Shown: piece after piece, positions 19,680-29,409 of the stretch
Layout: each line of letters opens with the position of its first letter
How positions within the stretch are numbered: position 1 is the first letter of the stretch
DNA from: an uncultured Collinsella sp.
GTDB lineage: Bacteria; Actinomycetota; Coriobacteriia; Coriobacteriales; Coriobacteriaceae
Assembly (NCBI GenBank): GCA_938033205.1
Contig: CALHJP010000001.1
Coordinates: 73,978-137,977 of the forward strand
Direction: 5' to 3'
Length of the DNA: 64,000 nucleotides
Program-made: the position numbers and the translations under genes
The notes under the pieces: model-generated
What the model was told of the DNA's origin: nothing
What the model saw: the letters and a program-made list of their open reading frames with translations, nothing else
Databases searched by the model: none

Positions 19680-20303
19680 ATGGCAAAGAAACCCGATTCG
19701 TTCTACTTTGACAACTACGTCGCCTGCGCCGACCTCGCCGTCCAGGCCGCCGAGCTGCTTACCAAGATTTTCGAGAACTTCGATCCCGCAAAGATTCACG
19801 ATATGCTCGACAAGATGCATGCGATCGAGCATGCGGCCGACAAGAAGCACCATGAGCTTGAGGACGCCCTGCTCACCGCCTTTATCACCCCGCTTGAGCG
19901 CGAGGATCTGGACCTGATGAGCTGCTCGCTCGACACCGTGCTCGACCGCATCGAGGGCGTCGTGCAGCGCGTCTACTTCACCAACATCCAGAGCATCCAT
20001 CCCGATGCCATCGTGATCGCCCACAAGGTGACCGACGCCTGCCGCGCCATGAAAGACCTGATGGTCGAGCTGCCTAACTACCGCAAGTCCAAAACGCTGC
20101 GCGAGCTCGTCATCCAGATCAACACCATCGAGTCCGAGGCCGACGAGCTCTATATCAACGCCATGCGTAACCTGCACGTTAACGGCAAGGACCCGCTCGA
20201 GGTCATCGCTTGGCGTGACGTGTACGCCTTCCTGGAGTACTGCGCCGACTGCTGCGAGAATGTGGCCGATGTCGTGGATTCGATTGTCATGAAGAACAGT
20301 TAA
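19680..20303 (+). CDS. DUF47 / PhoU-like Pit accessory protein
   Basis: MAKKPDSFYFDNYVACADLAVQAAELL... is typical of DUF47 proteins that partner with PiT transporters. Confidence 0.85.
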   Translation: MAKKPDSFYFDNYVACADLAVQAAELLTKIFENFDPAKIHDMLDKMHAIEHAADKKHHELEDALLTAFITPLEREDLDLMSCSLDTVLDRIEGVVQRVYFTNIQSIHPDAIVIAHKVTDACRAMKDLMVELPNYRKSKTLRELVIQINTIESEADELYINAMRNLHVNGKDPLEVIAWRDVYAFLEYCADCCENVADVVDSIVMKNS

Positions 20304-20308
20304 TTGGG

Positions 20309-20416
20309 GGTACGTGTCCCGGCGGCGAAGGGCCGGCCACGGTTTGCTTTCTCACTCCGGCTGCTTTGCAGAGTCGTTCGAAAGTAAACCGTGGCCGGCC
20401 CTTCGCCTTACGTACC
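20309..20416. repeat. Long near-perfect inverted repeat (22-bp perfect core, about 30-bp stem, about 40-nt loop)
   Basis: GGCGAAGGGCCGGCCACGGTTT (20324-20345) is the exact reverse complement of AAACCGTGGCCGGCCCTTCGCC (20386-20407); flanking GGTACGT/ACGTACC extend the stem. Confidence 0.7.
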
Positions 20417-20427
20417 ACCATTGGGAA

Positions 20428-20523
20428 CTTTGGCTGATAGTTGTAGCGCGATGGGGGTTTGGCTGAAGGGACCTATGGTACCCGTTCGGACACTTTGGCC
20501 CTTGATGAGCGTTTGGCTGATTG
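20428..20523 (+). repeat. Direct repeats of TTTGGCTGA upstream of the nitroreductase gene
   Basis: cTTTGGCTGAtag, gTTTGGCTGAagg, cTTTGGCcc, gTTTGGCTGAttg at spacings of about 29, 46 and 8 bp, followed by a T-rich tract before the RBS. Confidence 0.5.
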
Positions 20524-20586
20524 CTGCTTTGGGTACTCTTTGGGTTACTTTTGGTTTGTTTGATTTTTAATTTTAGGAGGGCTTGT

Positions 20587-21117
20587 ATGTCTTATTTGGA
20601 TCTGGCTCGTGGTCGGTATTCTTGTCGTTCTTTTGAGGACCGTTCTGTTGAGCAGGCTGTGGTGGATGCCATTGTTGAGGCTGGGCGTATTGCTCCTTCT
20701 GCTTGTAATAATCATCCAGCCCGTGTGATGGTGCTGGATACGCCTGAGCTGTTGGAGAAGGCTGCTGCTTGTCAGCCTCGGTTTGCTCGTGATGGGTCTA
20801 TCTTTGGAGCTCCGCTTGTCTTCCTCATTTGCAGCGTTACCGATGATGCTTGGGTGCGCCCGTATGACCAGATGAATTCCAGTGAAATCGATACGTCCAT
20901 CGTGTGTGATCAGATGATGATGGAGGCCACCGAGCAGGGCCTGGGAACGTGCTGGGTGTGCCATTTTAAGCCTGAGATGGCCCGTGAGCAGTTCGACCTG
21001 CCCGAGGGTGTCTATCCCTATCACATGCTCGTCTGTGGCTATCCTGCCGACCATATCGCCGACCCCGAGCATCGAGAGGCTCGCACCATTCCCCTCTCCG
21101 ACTTCCTCCTCAAGTAG
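20587..21117 (+). CDS. Nitroreductase-family protein
   Basis: MSYLDLARGRYSCRSFEDRSVEQAVVDAIVEAGRIAPSACNNHPARVMVL... is the classic nitroreductase N-terminus; RBS AGGAGG 7 nt upstream. Confidence 0.8.
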   Translation: MSYLDLARGRYSCRSFEDRSVEQAVVDAIVEAGRIAPSACNNHPARVMVLDTPELLEKAAACQPRFARDGSIFGAPLVFLICSVTDDAWVRPYDQMNSSEIDTSIVCDQMMMEATEQGLGTCWVCHFKPEMAREQFDLPEGVYPYHMLVCGYPADHIADPEHREARTIPLSDFLLK

Positions 21118-21225
21118 GTTTTGGGACATGCCTCAAAACCTACCCTTGACCGCTCACCCGTTCACCGAGTTCTGCGCCACTATGTGCAGGACTCGGTTTT
21201 TTATGTTGCGCACCCCGGCACAGTC

Positions 21226-21259
21226 ATAAAAAAGGACCCGCAAGCTGCGGGTCCTTTCT
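21226..21259. terminator. Bidirectional terminator between nitroreductase gene and divIVA
   Basis: AAAAAAGGACCCGCA-AGC-TGCGGGTCCTTTCT: a 9-bp stem with an A-tract upstream and a T-tract downstream. Confidence 0.65.
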
Positions 21260-21283
21260 AGGCACTAAATTGTAGGCCGAATG

Positions 21284-21958
21284 TTAGTCCAGGTCGTCGG
21301 CGGCAAAGTTGTCGATCGGGGCGAAGGGATCGGCCACGGGGACAACCGGGTCAGCGACGGGCAGCGGCTCGGCGGGAACAGTCACCGCAGGAGAAGCGGC
21401 AGAACCGACCGGCGTGGAGGCCATGAGGTCGGCCGGGAAGGAGTTCTGGGCATCGTCCATGAAGTGCTGGATGAGCTTGAGGTACTCGGCCTTGAACTCC
21501 TCGCGGGAAGCCTTGAGACGATCGATTTCCTCGAGCTCGGCCTGCTTTTCGGTCAGAGCCTGGCGGATAACCTCGCGTGCCTTAGCGTCAGCCTCGTTGC
21601 GGATACGCTCAGCGTTCTCGTTGGCATCGTTGACGATGGTCTCAGCGGTCTGCTGGGCAGCGATCAGGGCAGCGGAAATCTGGCGCTCCTGAGCGGAGAA
21701 GTCAGGGGCGGGAGCAGCCACGGGGGCGGCAGGAACGGCTTGGGCGGTGGCATCCTGAGCCTGGGCAAGCTGAGCCTGCGCATCGGCAAGCTGCTGCTCG
21801 GTAGCAGTCAGGCGACCCTTAAGGTCGACGATCTTAGCGAGCATAGCGTCAACCTCGGAGGACAGCGTCTCCAAGAAGACGTCGACCTCGGCGGGATCGT
21901 AGCCACGCTTGGCCTCAGAGAAAGTCTGAGCCTGGATGTCTGCAGGGGTAATAGCCAT
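21284..21958 (-). CDS. divIVA: DivIVA-domain cell-division protein
   Basis: MAITPADIQAQTFSEAKRGYDPAEVDVFLE... plus a coiled-coil region. Confidence 0.9.
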   Translation of the reverse strand: MAITPADIQAQTFSEAKRGYDPAEVDVFLETLSSEVDAMLAKIVDLKGRLTATEQQLADAQAQLAQAQDATAQAVPAAPVAAPAPDFSAQERQISAALIAAQQTAETIVNDANENAERIRNEADAKAREVIRQALTEKQAELEEIDRLKASREEFKAEYLKLIQHFMDDAQNSFPADLMASTPVGSAASPAVTVPAEPLPVADPVVPVADPFAPIDNFAADDLD

Positions 21959-22019
21959 AACAAGTCTCCTTTTTCATCGCCTCGGCGCTACACGCCCGAC
22001 GTAAGTTACTAAGTCAGTT

Positions 22020-22301
22020 CTATACGAGTATACCTATAAGAAGCTGCAGAACCAGCCTCTGCACCAACTGCAACGCAATAATCGCAACGACCGGCGAAAA
22101 ATCGATACCGCCCATCGGCGGGATGAAACGACGGAACAGGTTGAGCCACGGACCGCACACGCTATCGAGCACCGCAGCAATATCCTGAAGCAAACCACCC
22201 TGCTTCATGGGAATCCACGTCATAAAGCAGTAGACGACAATGAGCGTGGAATAGAAGTTGAACAGCGTGTTGACCAGCTGGACGATAGTGTAGATGTTGA
22301 T
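22020..22301 (-). CDS. yggT: YggT-family membrane protein (YlmG); 5' end uncertain, apparent non-ATG start
   Basis: ...FNFYSTLIVVYCFMTWIPMKQGGLLQDIAAVLDSVCGPWLNLFRRFIPPMGGIDFSPVVAIIALQLV... is the YggT signature. The frame is open upstream of the first ATG back to the TAA of sepF, with no ATG, GTG or TTG in that stretch. Confidence 0.6.
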   Translation of the reverse strand: MNIYTIVQLVNTLFNFYSTLIVVYCFMTWIPMKQGGLLQDIAAVLDSVCGPWLNLFRRFIPPMGGIDFSPVVAIIALQLVQRLVLQLLIGILV

Positions 22302-22322
22302 GGGAATCTCCTCGTCTTGTCT

Positions 22323-23045
22323 TTACTTAAGGTAGCCGTCGGCACGAAGCTTCTTGAGATCGGAATCTTTGACCTCGCAGCCGGCGGGCAGCACCATGAA
22401 CACGCGGTCGCCCACCTCCTTGACCGTGGCACCCAGACCGCAGGCAAAGCCGTAAGAGAAGTCCAAGACGCGCTTAGCAACTTCGGTGCGTACGCCCACA
22501 AAAATCAGTGCGACAGGCTGCTTGGTGCGAACGCGGCGCACCACGGTCTCCACGTCGTCATAGCTCTCGGGGCGCAGGACATAGGCCGGCAGCTGCGGCG
22601 TGGCGTTGATGATATTGCTCGCATAGGCCGAGGCATCACTCGGTGCAGGCGCGGGCGCAGCGGCGGCACGGGCGCGGGTGTTCTCGGCGTAGCTCGACGG
22701 CGTGTCATAGGCACCAGGACGATAACCGCTCGCAACACTGTCCTGCGAGCGCGAAGGCGGGTTATACGTCGTGGCATGGCGGGAGTCATCGCCGACCAGC
22801 TGACCGGAGCGCGTATACACGGCAACCGACTCAGCTTCACCGCGGCGCGTCTGACCAAGCAGGCCGTTGCTCGGCTCGTCTTGGGTGTAGAAGCCCTCGC
22901 CCGAAGCACCGCCGTAGCCGTTGCCCTGATAACTATCGTCATAGCCGTCATCGTAGCCGTAGTCGTCGTCCTGGCCATAACCCTGGTCGTAACCCTGCTG
23001 GCCGCCCAGGTGCATCTTATTTTTAATCTCGTCAAGGAAGCCCAT
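22323..23045 (-). CDS. sepF: Cell-division protein SepF
   Basis: MGFLDEIKNKM... at the N-terminus, a Gly/Tyr/Asp-rich linker, and a C-terminal SepF core ...PVALIFVGVRTEVAKRVLDFSYGFACGLGATVKEVGDRVFMVLPAG. Confidence 0.85.
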   Translation of the reverse strand: MGFLDEIKNKMHLGGQQGYDQGYGQDDDYGYDDGYDDSYQGNGYGGASGEGFYTQDEPSNGLLGQTRRGEAESVAVYTRSGQLVGDDSRHATTYNPPSRSQDSVASGYRPGAYDTPSSYAENTRARAAAAPAPAPSDASAYASNIINATPQLPAYVLRPESYDDVETVVRRVRTKQPVALIFVGVRTEVAKRVLDFSYGFACGLGATVKEVGDRVFMVLPAGCEVKDSDLKKLRADGYLK

Positions 23046-23105
23046 GGTTGTGTCCTCTCGCGGTTTAGTGCAGGCGCCCCGATAATCAGTGCGCACTTCA
23101 GAGCC

Positions 23106-23843
23106 TTATTTTACTGCAAACTCCGGGCTAAATACTACCCTGCCCAGGCGAACGAGCGTAGAGCCCTCCTCAAGGGCAGGCTCAAAGTCCTCGCTCATGC
23201 CGCAGGAAAGCTCAGGCAGGTTCAAATCGGGATGCGCAGCCTCCAGCTCATCCCTCAGCTCACGAAGCCCCGCAAAGGTGCGGCGTGCCACATCCTTATT
23301 CCCCCGGGGCGCCATAGTCATAAGCCCCTGTACGCAAATTCCCTCAAGTTCCGCAAGCTCACCCGCGGCGGCGCGAATCTCATCGGGCGAAAAGCCTCCC
23401 TTCGACTCCTCACCACTCACATTGACCTCGATGAGCACACGCTGGGGGCCGGCGAGCTCGCCTGCCTCAATCTTGCGGACAGCACGGCTCGAGATCGCCT
23501 GCGCCAGATGCAGCGAACCCACCGAGTGAATCAGCTCGGCTGAGCCCAGCACCGCATTGATCTTATTGGTCTGCAGGTTGCCGATCATATCGAAGCGCAC
23601 CTCGGGCAGCTCCGGATGCTCCGCCAGACCCGTGAGCTTGCGAACCAGCTCCTGCGGGCGGTTCTCGGCAAAATGGCGATACCCCGTCTGGATGGCGGCA
23701 ACGGTCTCATCGACACCAACGGTCTTGGACACGGCAATGAGGCGCGCGGCGTCGTGGGGGCGGCCCGCGCGATCGAGCGCCGCATAAAAACGTTCCAGAA
23801 TCTGCTCGCGGCGAGCGCGCATCAAGTCCAAATAGTTATCCAT
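23106..23843 (-). CDS. yggS: YggS-family pyridoxal-phosphate homeostasis protein
   Basis: MDNYLDLMRARREQILERFYAAL...AVSKTV...IGNLQTNK... is the YggS/PLPHP signature. Confidence 0.9.
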   Translation of the reverse strand: MDNYLDLMRARREQILERFYAALDRAGRPHDAARLIAVSKTVGVDETVAAIQTGYRHFAENRPQELVRKLTGLAEHPELPEVRFDMIGNLQTNKINAVLGSAELIHSVGSLHLAQAISSRAVRKIEAGELAGPQRVLIEVNVSGEESKGGFSPDEIRAAAGELAELEGICVQGLMTMAPRGNKDVARRTFAGLRELRDELEAAHPDLNLPELSCGMSEDFEPALEEGSTLVRLGRVVFSPEFAVK

Positions 23844-23962
23844 TGCCAATCGCCTCCGCTGACAGCCAAACAAGTAGTCCCATGCTAACGCAAGAGCGCG
23901 GCCCCGCATGTGCAAGGCCGCGCTCACTTAGGTATTTACAATCTTTCGACGAACGGGGTCAC

Positions 23963-24820
23963 TTACTCCTCGTCGTCCTCGCCATCGTCCTCGTCCTCAA
24001 GATGATCGAGCAGGTAGCGAAGACCCTCGCTGACCTCGTTAGCGGGCACCTTGGCAACGTAGCGAGCGTCGACGGCGGGCCTCATGATAACACCCTCGCC
24101 CGAAGGCACGCGCATGCTCTCGAGCTCATCCTCGTCCACACGGGCGATATCGCCGGCGTTCATACGCTGACCAGTCAACAGGAAGGTCAGACGGCAAGCG
24201 GCATCGATGGAAATCGAAGCGATGCGATCGAGGTAGCGCGAAACCATGATAGCGCGGCGCAGGTCGTCATAGTTGCTGTCGTCGTCCATAAAGTCGCCCG
24301 TATCCATACGGTTAAAGGTGCGGAAGAACTTCTCGTAGGCGGCGTGCACCGGCTCGTCCTCGACGGCCAAGTTGCAGATGATGGACATGTCATTGGTGAC
24401 GAGCGCAGAAAGCGAAGAGCCCAGCACCTGGTAAACAGCTTCGGCCTCGGCCTCAACCGTACCGACGAGCTCCTGGGGCAGCGAGATGTCGGCCTTGACC
24501 ATGTGACGCGTGGCGCGGCAGATCTGGCGAACCTTATCGGTCATGCGCTGCAGGTTAAAGTCGACGTAGATAATCGTCTGCAGCAAGCGGAAGTCGGAGG
24601 CGACCGGCGACTGCGTGGCGATCAGGTTGTAGCACACGGCCTCCAAGTTGGCGCAGCGCGCGTCAATCGAAAGCGTGCGCTTCTTGGTCTTGGTGGCGAG
24701 CTTGCGGTCGTCGGTCACATAGGCCTTAACGGCATCGTGGAGGGCCAGATCGACGGCCTCGTAGATGCTCAGCATCTCGTGGCGGGCCTCGATGAGCTGA
24801 CGGGAAAACAGTTTACGCAT
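23963..24820 (-). CDS. phoU: Phosphate-transport regulator PhoU with acidic C-terminal extension
   Basis: Two PhoU repeats (...LAVEDEPVHAAYEKFF...); about 60 extra C-terminal residues ending LEDEDDGEDDEE. Confidence 0.85.
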   Translation of the reverse strand: MRKLFSRQLIEARHEMLSIYEAVDLALHDAVKAYVTDDRKLATKTKKRTLSIDARCANLEAVCYNLIATQSPVASDFRLLQTIIYVDFNLQRMTDKVRQICRATRHMVKADISLPQELVGTVEAEAEAVYQVLGSSLSALVTNDMSIICNLAVEDEPVHAAYEKFFRTFNRMDTGDFMDDDSNYDDLRRAIMVSRYLDRIASISIDAACRLTFLLTGQRMNAGDIARVDEDELESMRVPSGEGVIMRPAVDARYVAKVPANEVSEGLRYLLDHLEDEDDGEDDEE

Positions 24821-24912
24821 GGTTCACTCCAATCAGTTGGGTGCGGTCATGCCGCCCGCACAGTGAATACGCACCGGACCAGGTCCGATCGGCTTGGGAC
24901 TAGTCGCACCGA

Positions 24913-25716
<804 letters not shown>

Positions 25717-25728
25717 GGGACTCCTTAA

Positions 25729-26634
25729 CTAGCGACGCTTGCGCGACAGGAAGCGCGCAAACAGGTTGAAGGCCAGAATGATCACCATCAGCAAGAGCGC
25801 GGTGCCGTAGGCTGCGTTCATGTTGATGCCATCGTTGGCAAGCAGGTACAGGTGAACCGTCATGGGGCGGCCGGAATCGAGCGGCGAAATAGGTAGATTG
25901 ATGGCTTGGCCCATGGTGTAGAGCACCACCGCGGTCTCGCCAATGGCGCGGCCGATGGCGAGGACGATGCCCGTGGCAATACGGCCAAAGGCAGAAGGAA
26001 GCACAATCTTGGAGACAACCTGCCACTTGGTGGCGCCCAGGCCGTACGCGCCCCAACGGATATAGCGCGGGACGGCGCGAATGGCCTCTTCGGTGGTGCG
26101 CATGACGATGGGAAGCATCAAGAGCGCGAGCGCCAGAGCGGCCGAGACCATCGAAAGGCCCAGGCCCATGGCCTCGACAAACAAGGCGTAGCCAAACAGG
26201 CCCATAACGATGGAGGGCACCGAGGCCAAAGCGTCAGCAGCGTAGCGAATGAGCTCGACGACCTTGCCCTGCTTGGCGTACTCGGCCAGATAGACGGCTG
26301 CCAGCACAGCAATCGGCGTGCAGATAAGCATGGCGAGCGCCGTCACATAGACGGTCGAGACGATCGTGGGCCAAATTCCGCCCTCGGCGTTGACGCCCTG
26401 GGGCCAACCGAAGATAAAGTCGAGCGAGATATGCGGCAGGCCGTTAATGACCACATAGGCAATGATAGCGACAAGCACCAGCGTGGTGATGTATGCCGCG
26501 GCACGGAACACGCCAAGCATGATCTTGTTGGACAGGTCCTTGTTGATGCGGCCCTTCTTGCCATGGGAAAGGGCACGCTTGATGCGCTCGCGCGACGAGG
26601 TCGTATCGACCGTCGTGTCAACGGAATCGGACAT
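25729..26634 (-). CDS. pstA: Phosphate ABC transporter permease PstA
   Basis: Permease with an EAA-like loop (...AIGRAIGETAVVL...); position in the operon. Confidence 0.9.
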   Translation of the reverse strand: MSDSVDTTVDTTSSRERIKRALSHGKKGRINKDLSNKIMLGVFRAAAYITTLVLVAIIAYVVINGLPHISLDFIFGWPQGVNAEGGIWPTIVSTVYVTALAMLICTPIAVLAAVYLAEYAKQGKVVELIRYAADALASVPSIVMGLFGYALFVEAMGLGLSMVSAALALALLMLPIVMRTTEEAIRAVPRYIRWGAYGLGATKWQVVSKIVLPSAFGRIATGIVLAIGRAIGETAVVLYTMGQAINLPISPLDSGRPMTVHLYLLANDGINMNAAYGTALLLMVIILAFNLFARFLSRKRR

Positions 26635-26637
26635 AGC

Positions 26638-27573
26638 CTACCCCCTCTTCTTCTTGGAAATCAGACGGACGATGCCCACCAGCGTGGCGGAGATGATAAA
26701 CAGGACCACGCCCATGCCGAACAGCGCCGAGCGGTGCAGACCCGAGGAATAGCTCATGTCGAGCGCGATCTGGCTCGTGAGCGTCGAGATGGGGCTCGCA
26801 ATGCTGTCGGGAATAACCGGGGCGTTACCCACGACCATGAGCACGGCCATGGTCTCGCCGATGGCACGGCCCATACCCAGCACGATGGCATCCACGATAC
26901 CCAGCTTGGCGGCAGGTAGCACGACCTTATAGATGGTCTGCCACTTAGTAGCACCCATGGCATACGATGCCTCGCGAATACCCATGGGAATGGAATTGAG
27001 GGCATCGATGGTGAGCGTGGTGATGGTAGGGACGATCATGATGGCAAGCACGAACCACGCCGTCAGCGCACCAAAACCAAGACCACCGGTCAGTTGCGCG
27101 ATAAACGGACGGATGATGATCATGCCAAAGAAGCCATAGATGATAGAAGGGATGCCGGCCAACAGGTCAACGGCAGGGCTGATGAGCTTGCGCACGCGCT
27201 TGCTGGCGATCTCGACCAGATACACGGCCGTGCCCACGCCTAGGGGCACACCCATGGCGAGCGCACCGACGGTCACCAGACCCGAGCCGGCAAGCAGCGA
27301 CACGATGCCGTAGTGGCCCTCAGAGGGCGCCCACGTAAAGCTAAAGAAGTCCACCAGACCGATGTCGGTAAAGACGGGCAGCGCCGAGTACGTGGTAAAG
27401 ACAAAAATCAGGATGACGGTAACAACCGCCAAGAACGCGCAGGCAAAGAAAATCCACTGCAGCGCCTTCTCCTTGATATAGGTGCTGCGCGATACGAGCG
27501 CCAGCTCGCGCTTCTTGGGCGCCTGAGCATTCTGCTCAGTCTGGGAGTTTTCCTGTGCTTCCATGCTACTCAC
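26638..27573 (-). CDS. pstC: Phosphate ABC transporter permease PstC
   Basis: Permease with ...MGRAIGETMAVLMVVGN...; operon position. Confidence 0.9.
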   Translation of the reverse strand: MSSMEAQENSQTEQNAQAPKKRELALVSRSTYIKEKALQWIFFACAFLAVVTVILIFVFTTYSALPVFTDIGLVDFFSFTWAPSEGHYGIVSLLAGSGLVTVGALAMGVPLGVGTAVYLVEIASKRVRKLISPAVDLLAGIPSIIYGFFGMIIIRPFIAQLTGGLGFGALTAWFVLAIMIVPTITTLTIDALNSIPMGIREASYAMGATKWQTIYKVVLPAAKLGIVDAIVLGMGRAIGETMAVLMVVGNAPVIPDSIASPISTLTSQIALDMSYSSGLHRSALFGMGVVLFIISATLVGIVRLISKKKRG

Positions 27574-28402
27574 TCCCCTTCTCGTCGTTGGTGACGGGAA
27601 TAAAGCCCGCCTCGCGAATCTGCTTGTCCATCTTTTCGGACGTCACGTAGTCGATGTAATCCTGCGCCTGCTGCGAAGGCGCACCCTTCACAAAGAAGTA
27701 AAGGTCGCGCGAGATGGGATAGCCGCCACTCGCGACCGTCTTCTCGGACGCCTCAACATGATTGACCGAGACGGCCTTGACCGAGGTCTTGGCGTTGAGG
27801 CCATCGACGAAGCCCAGCGAAATGTAGCCGATAGCCCCGCGCGAACGAGATACCACGTCGCGCACCTGGCCCGTGCCCGAAAGAACGGCGGAGCGGCGAT
27901 CGAACGGGGTGCCGTCCATCACGATGGTGCGGAAGGCTTCACGCGTGCCAGACGCCTCATCTCGGTTGATAACCTGAATCCTCAGGTCCTCGCCACCGAC
28001 TTCTTTCCAGTTGGTGATCTTGCCGGCATAGATATCGCGGAGCTGCTCGGTCGAGAGGTTATCGACGGGGTTGTCTTCGTTCACGATGACCGCGATACCG
28101 TCGTGGGCAATGACGATGGGAGTCAGGCCCAGATCCTGTTCGTCGGCATTGAGTCCACGGGAGGAGCTGGCGATATCGGCCGTGCCAGCGCTGACGGCTT
28201 CGATGCCAGCGGAAGAGCCCAAACCGGAAACGAGCACGTCGATGCCGGTCTCCTCCTTAAAGCCCTCTGCCGCAATTTCGGCGATAGGAAGGCAGGTCGT
28301 GGAGCCGGCCACGGTAATGGAAGAGGTAGAAGATCCCGAAGAACAGGCGCACAGCGTAAGCGTAAGCACAGCGGCGCTCAGGACCGATACGATCTTTCTC
28401 AT
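27566..28402 (-). CDS. pstS: Phosphate-binding lipoprotein PstS
   Basis: Signal peptide with lipobox LTLCAC, PBP-like ...RDEASGTREAF...; the start ATG overlaps the pgeF stop (ATGA). Confidence 0.9.
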   Translation of the reverse strand: MRKIVSVLSAAVLTLTLCACSSGSSTSSITVAGSTTCLPIAEIAAEGFKEETGIDVLVSGLGSSAGIEAVSAGTADIASSSRGLNADEQDLGLTPIVIAHDGIAVIVNEDNPVDNLSTEQLRDIYAGKITNWKEVGGEDLRIQVINRDEASGTREAFRTIVMDGTPFDRRSAVLSGTGQVRDVVSRSRGAIGYISLGFVDGLNAKTSVKAVSVNHVEASEKTVASGGYPISRDLYFFVKGAPSQQAQDYIDYVTSEKMDKQIREAGFIPVTNDEKGSE

Positions 28403-29199
28403 AGCATCACGCCGATCGCAGCATAGCGCCCACAGGTGCCGTCCTCGTTACGGTAGGAATAAAAGCGGTCGTTCTGACGCACAGTCGAAAGCTGGGTATC
28501 CACGATATTATCCGCGTCCACACCGGCATCTACCAGCGCCTCACAAATGGCAGCGGAAAGATCGAGCATGCGAGAGGCACTCGCATCGATGCAAGAGAAC
28601 TCGACGGCAAAGCGATCCATGAGTTCCTGGGATACCTCATATTCGTCAGCCAAGATATGGGGGCCGATATAGGCGGAAACGTCGCTCGCATCGCAGCCGG
28701 CAGCATCGCAAAGCGCCTGGCACGCCTTGGCAGAAATACGTGCAATCGTGCCCTTCCAACCGGAGTGCACCACGGCAAATCCGCCAGGGGCCACCAGCAC
28801 CACGGGAACGCAGTCGGCAAAGCAGAGCAGCACGGGCACGTCATGGGCCGTACAGACGATGGCATCGCAGCCCTCGGCAATCTGCTCGCGAACAGCCTCA
28901 AGATCGTCGGCACCGTTCGAAGTCACCGTAACGATATGGTCACCATGTACCTGATTGGGCACGAGCAGATTATGCTCGCACTCAGTGGCGCCCATAGCTT
29001 CGAGCGCTCGACGACGATTTTCTTGAACAGCAAAGGGGTCATCGCCTACATGCGAGCCCAGGTTGAGCGAGGAGTACGCATCTTCAGAAACGCCACCGGT
29101 GCGCTCGGTAAAGGCAAAGCGGACATCGGATGTCGCGCCCTCCACCAACGTAACTCCATCATGGTCGACACGCGAAACGTTGTCCGCACGTGCTGCCAT
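28399..29199 (-). CDS. pgeF: Peptidoglycan editing factor PgeF (YfiH/laccase-domain protein)
   Basis: ...FAFTERTGGVS...HGDHIV...CADCVPV...HSGWKG... are YfiH motifs; start at MAARADN preceded by AGGAGG. Confidence 0.85.
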   Translation of the reverse strand: MAARADNVSRVDHDGVTLVEGATSDVRFAFTERTGGVSEDAYSSLNLGSHVGDDPFAVQENRRRALEAMGATECEHNLLVPNQVHGDHIVTVTSNGADDLEAVREQIAEGCDAIVCTAHDVPVLLCFADCVPVVLVAPGGFAVVHSGWKGTIARISAKACQALCDAAGCDASDVSAYIGPHILADEYEVSQELMDRFAVEFSCIDASASRMLDLSAAICEALVDAGVDADNIVDTQLSTVRQNDRFYSYRNEDGTCGRYAAIGVML

Positions 29200-29409
29200 A
29201 CTAAAGCCTCCTAATAACACAAGTACCGCGGCGTCGCCGCGCAGTCCGCGTTTATACGGCTGTCATACTTCCTTAAAAGGATACCCGCAGCGGTAGGGAC
29301 CAAACGTAAAGGGAACGTAAGGAGATTGGAGGCTTTCGTTTACAAACGAGAAACAAAACGGGGTGCATCCAAATGGACACACCCCGTGCAGGTCGTTGAG
29401 AAAAACGAA

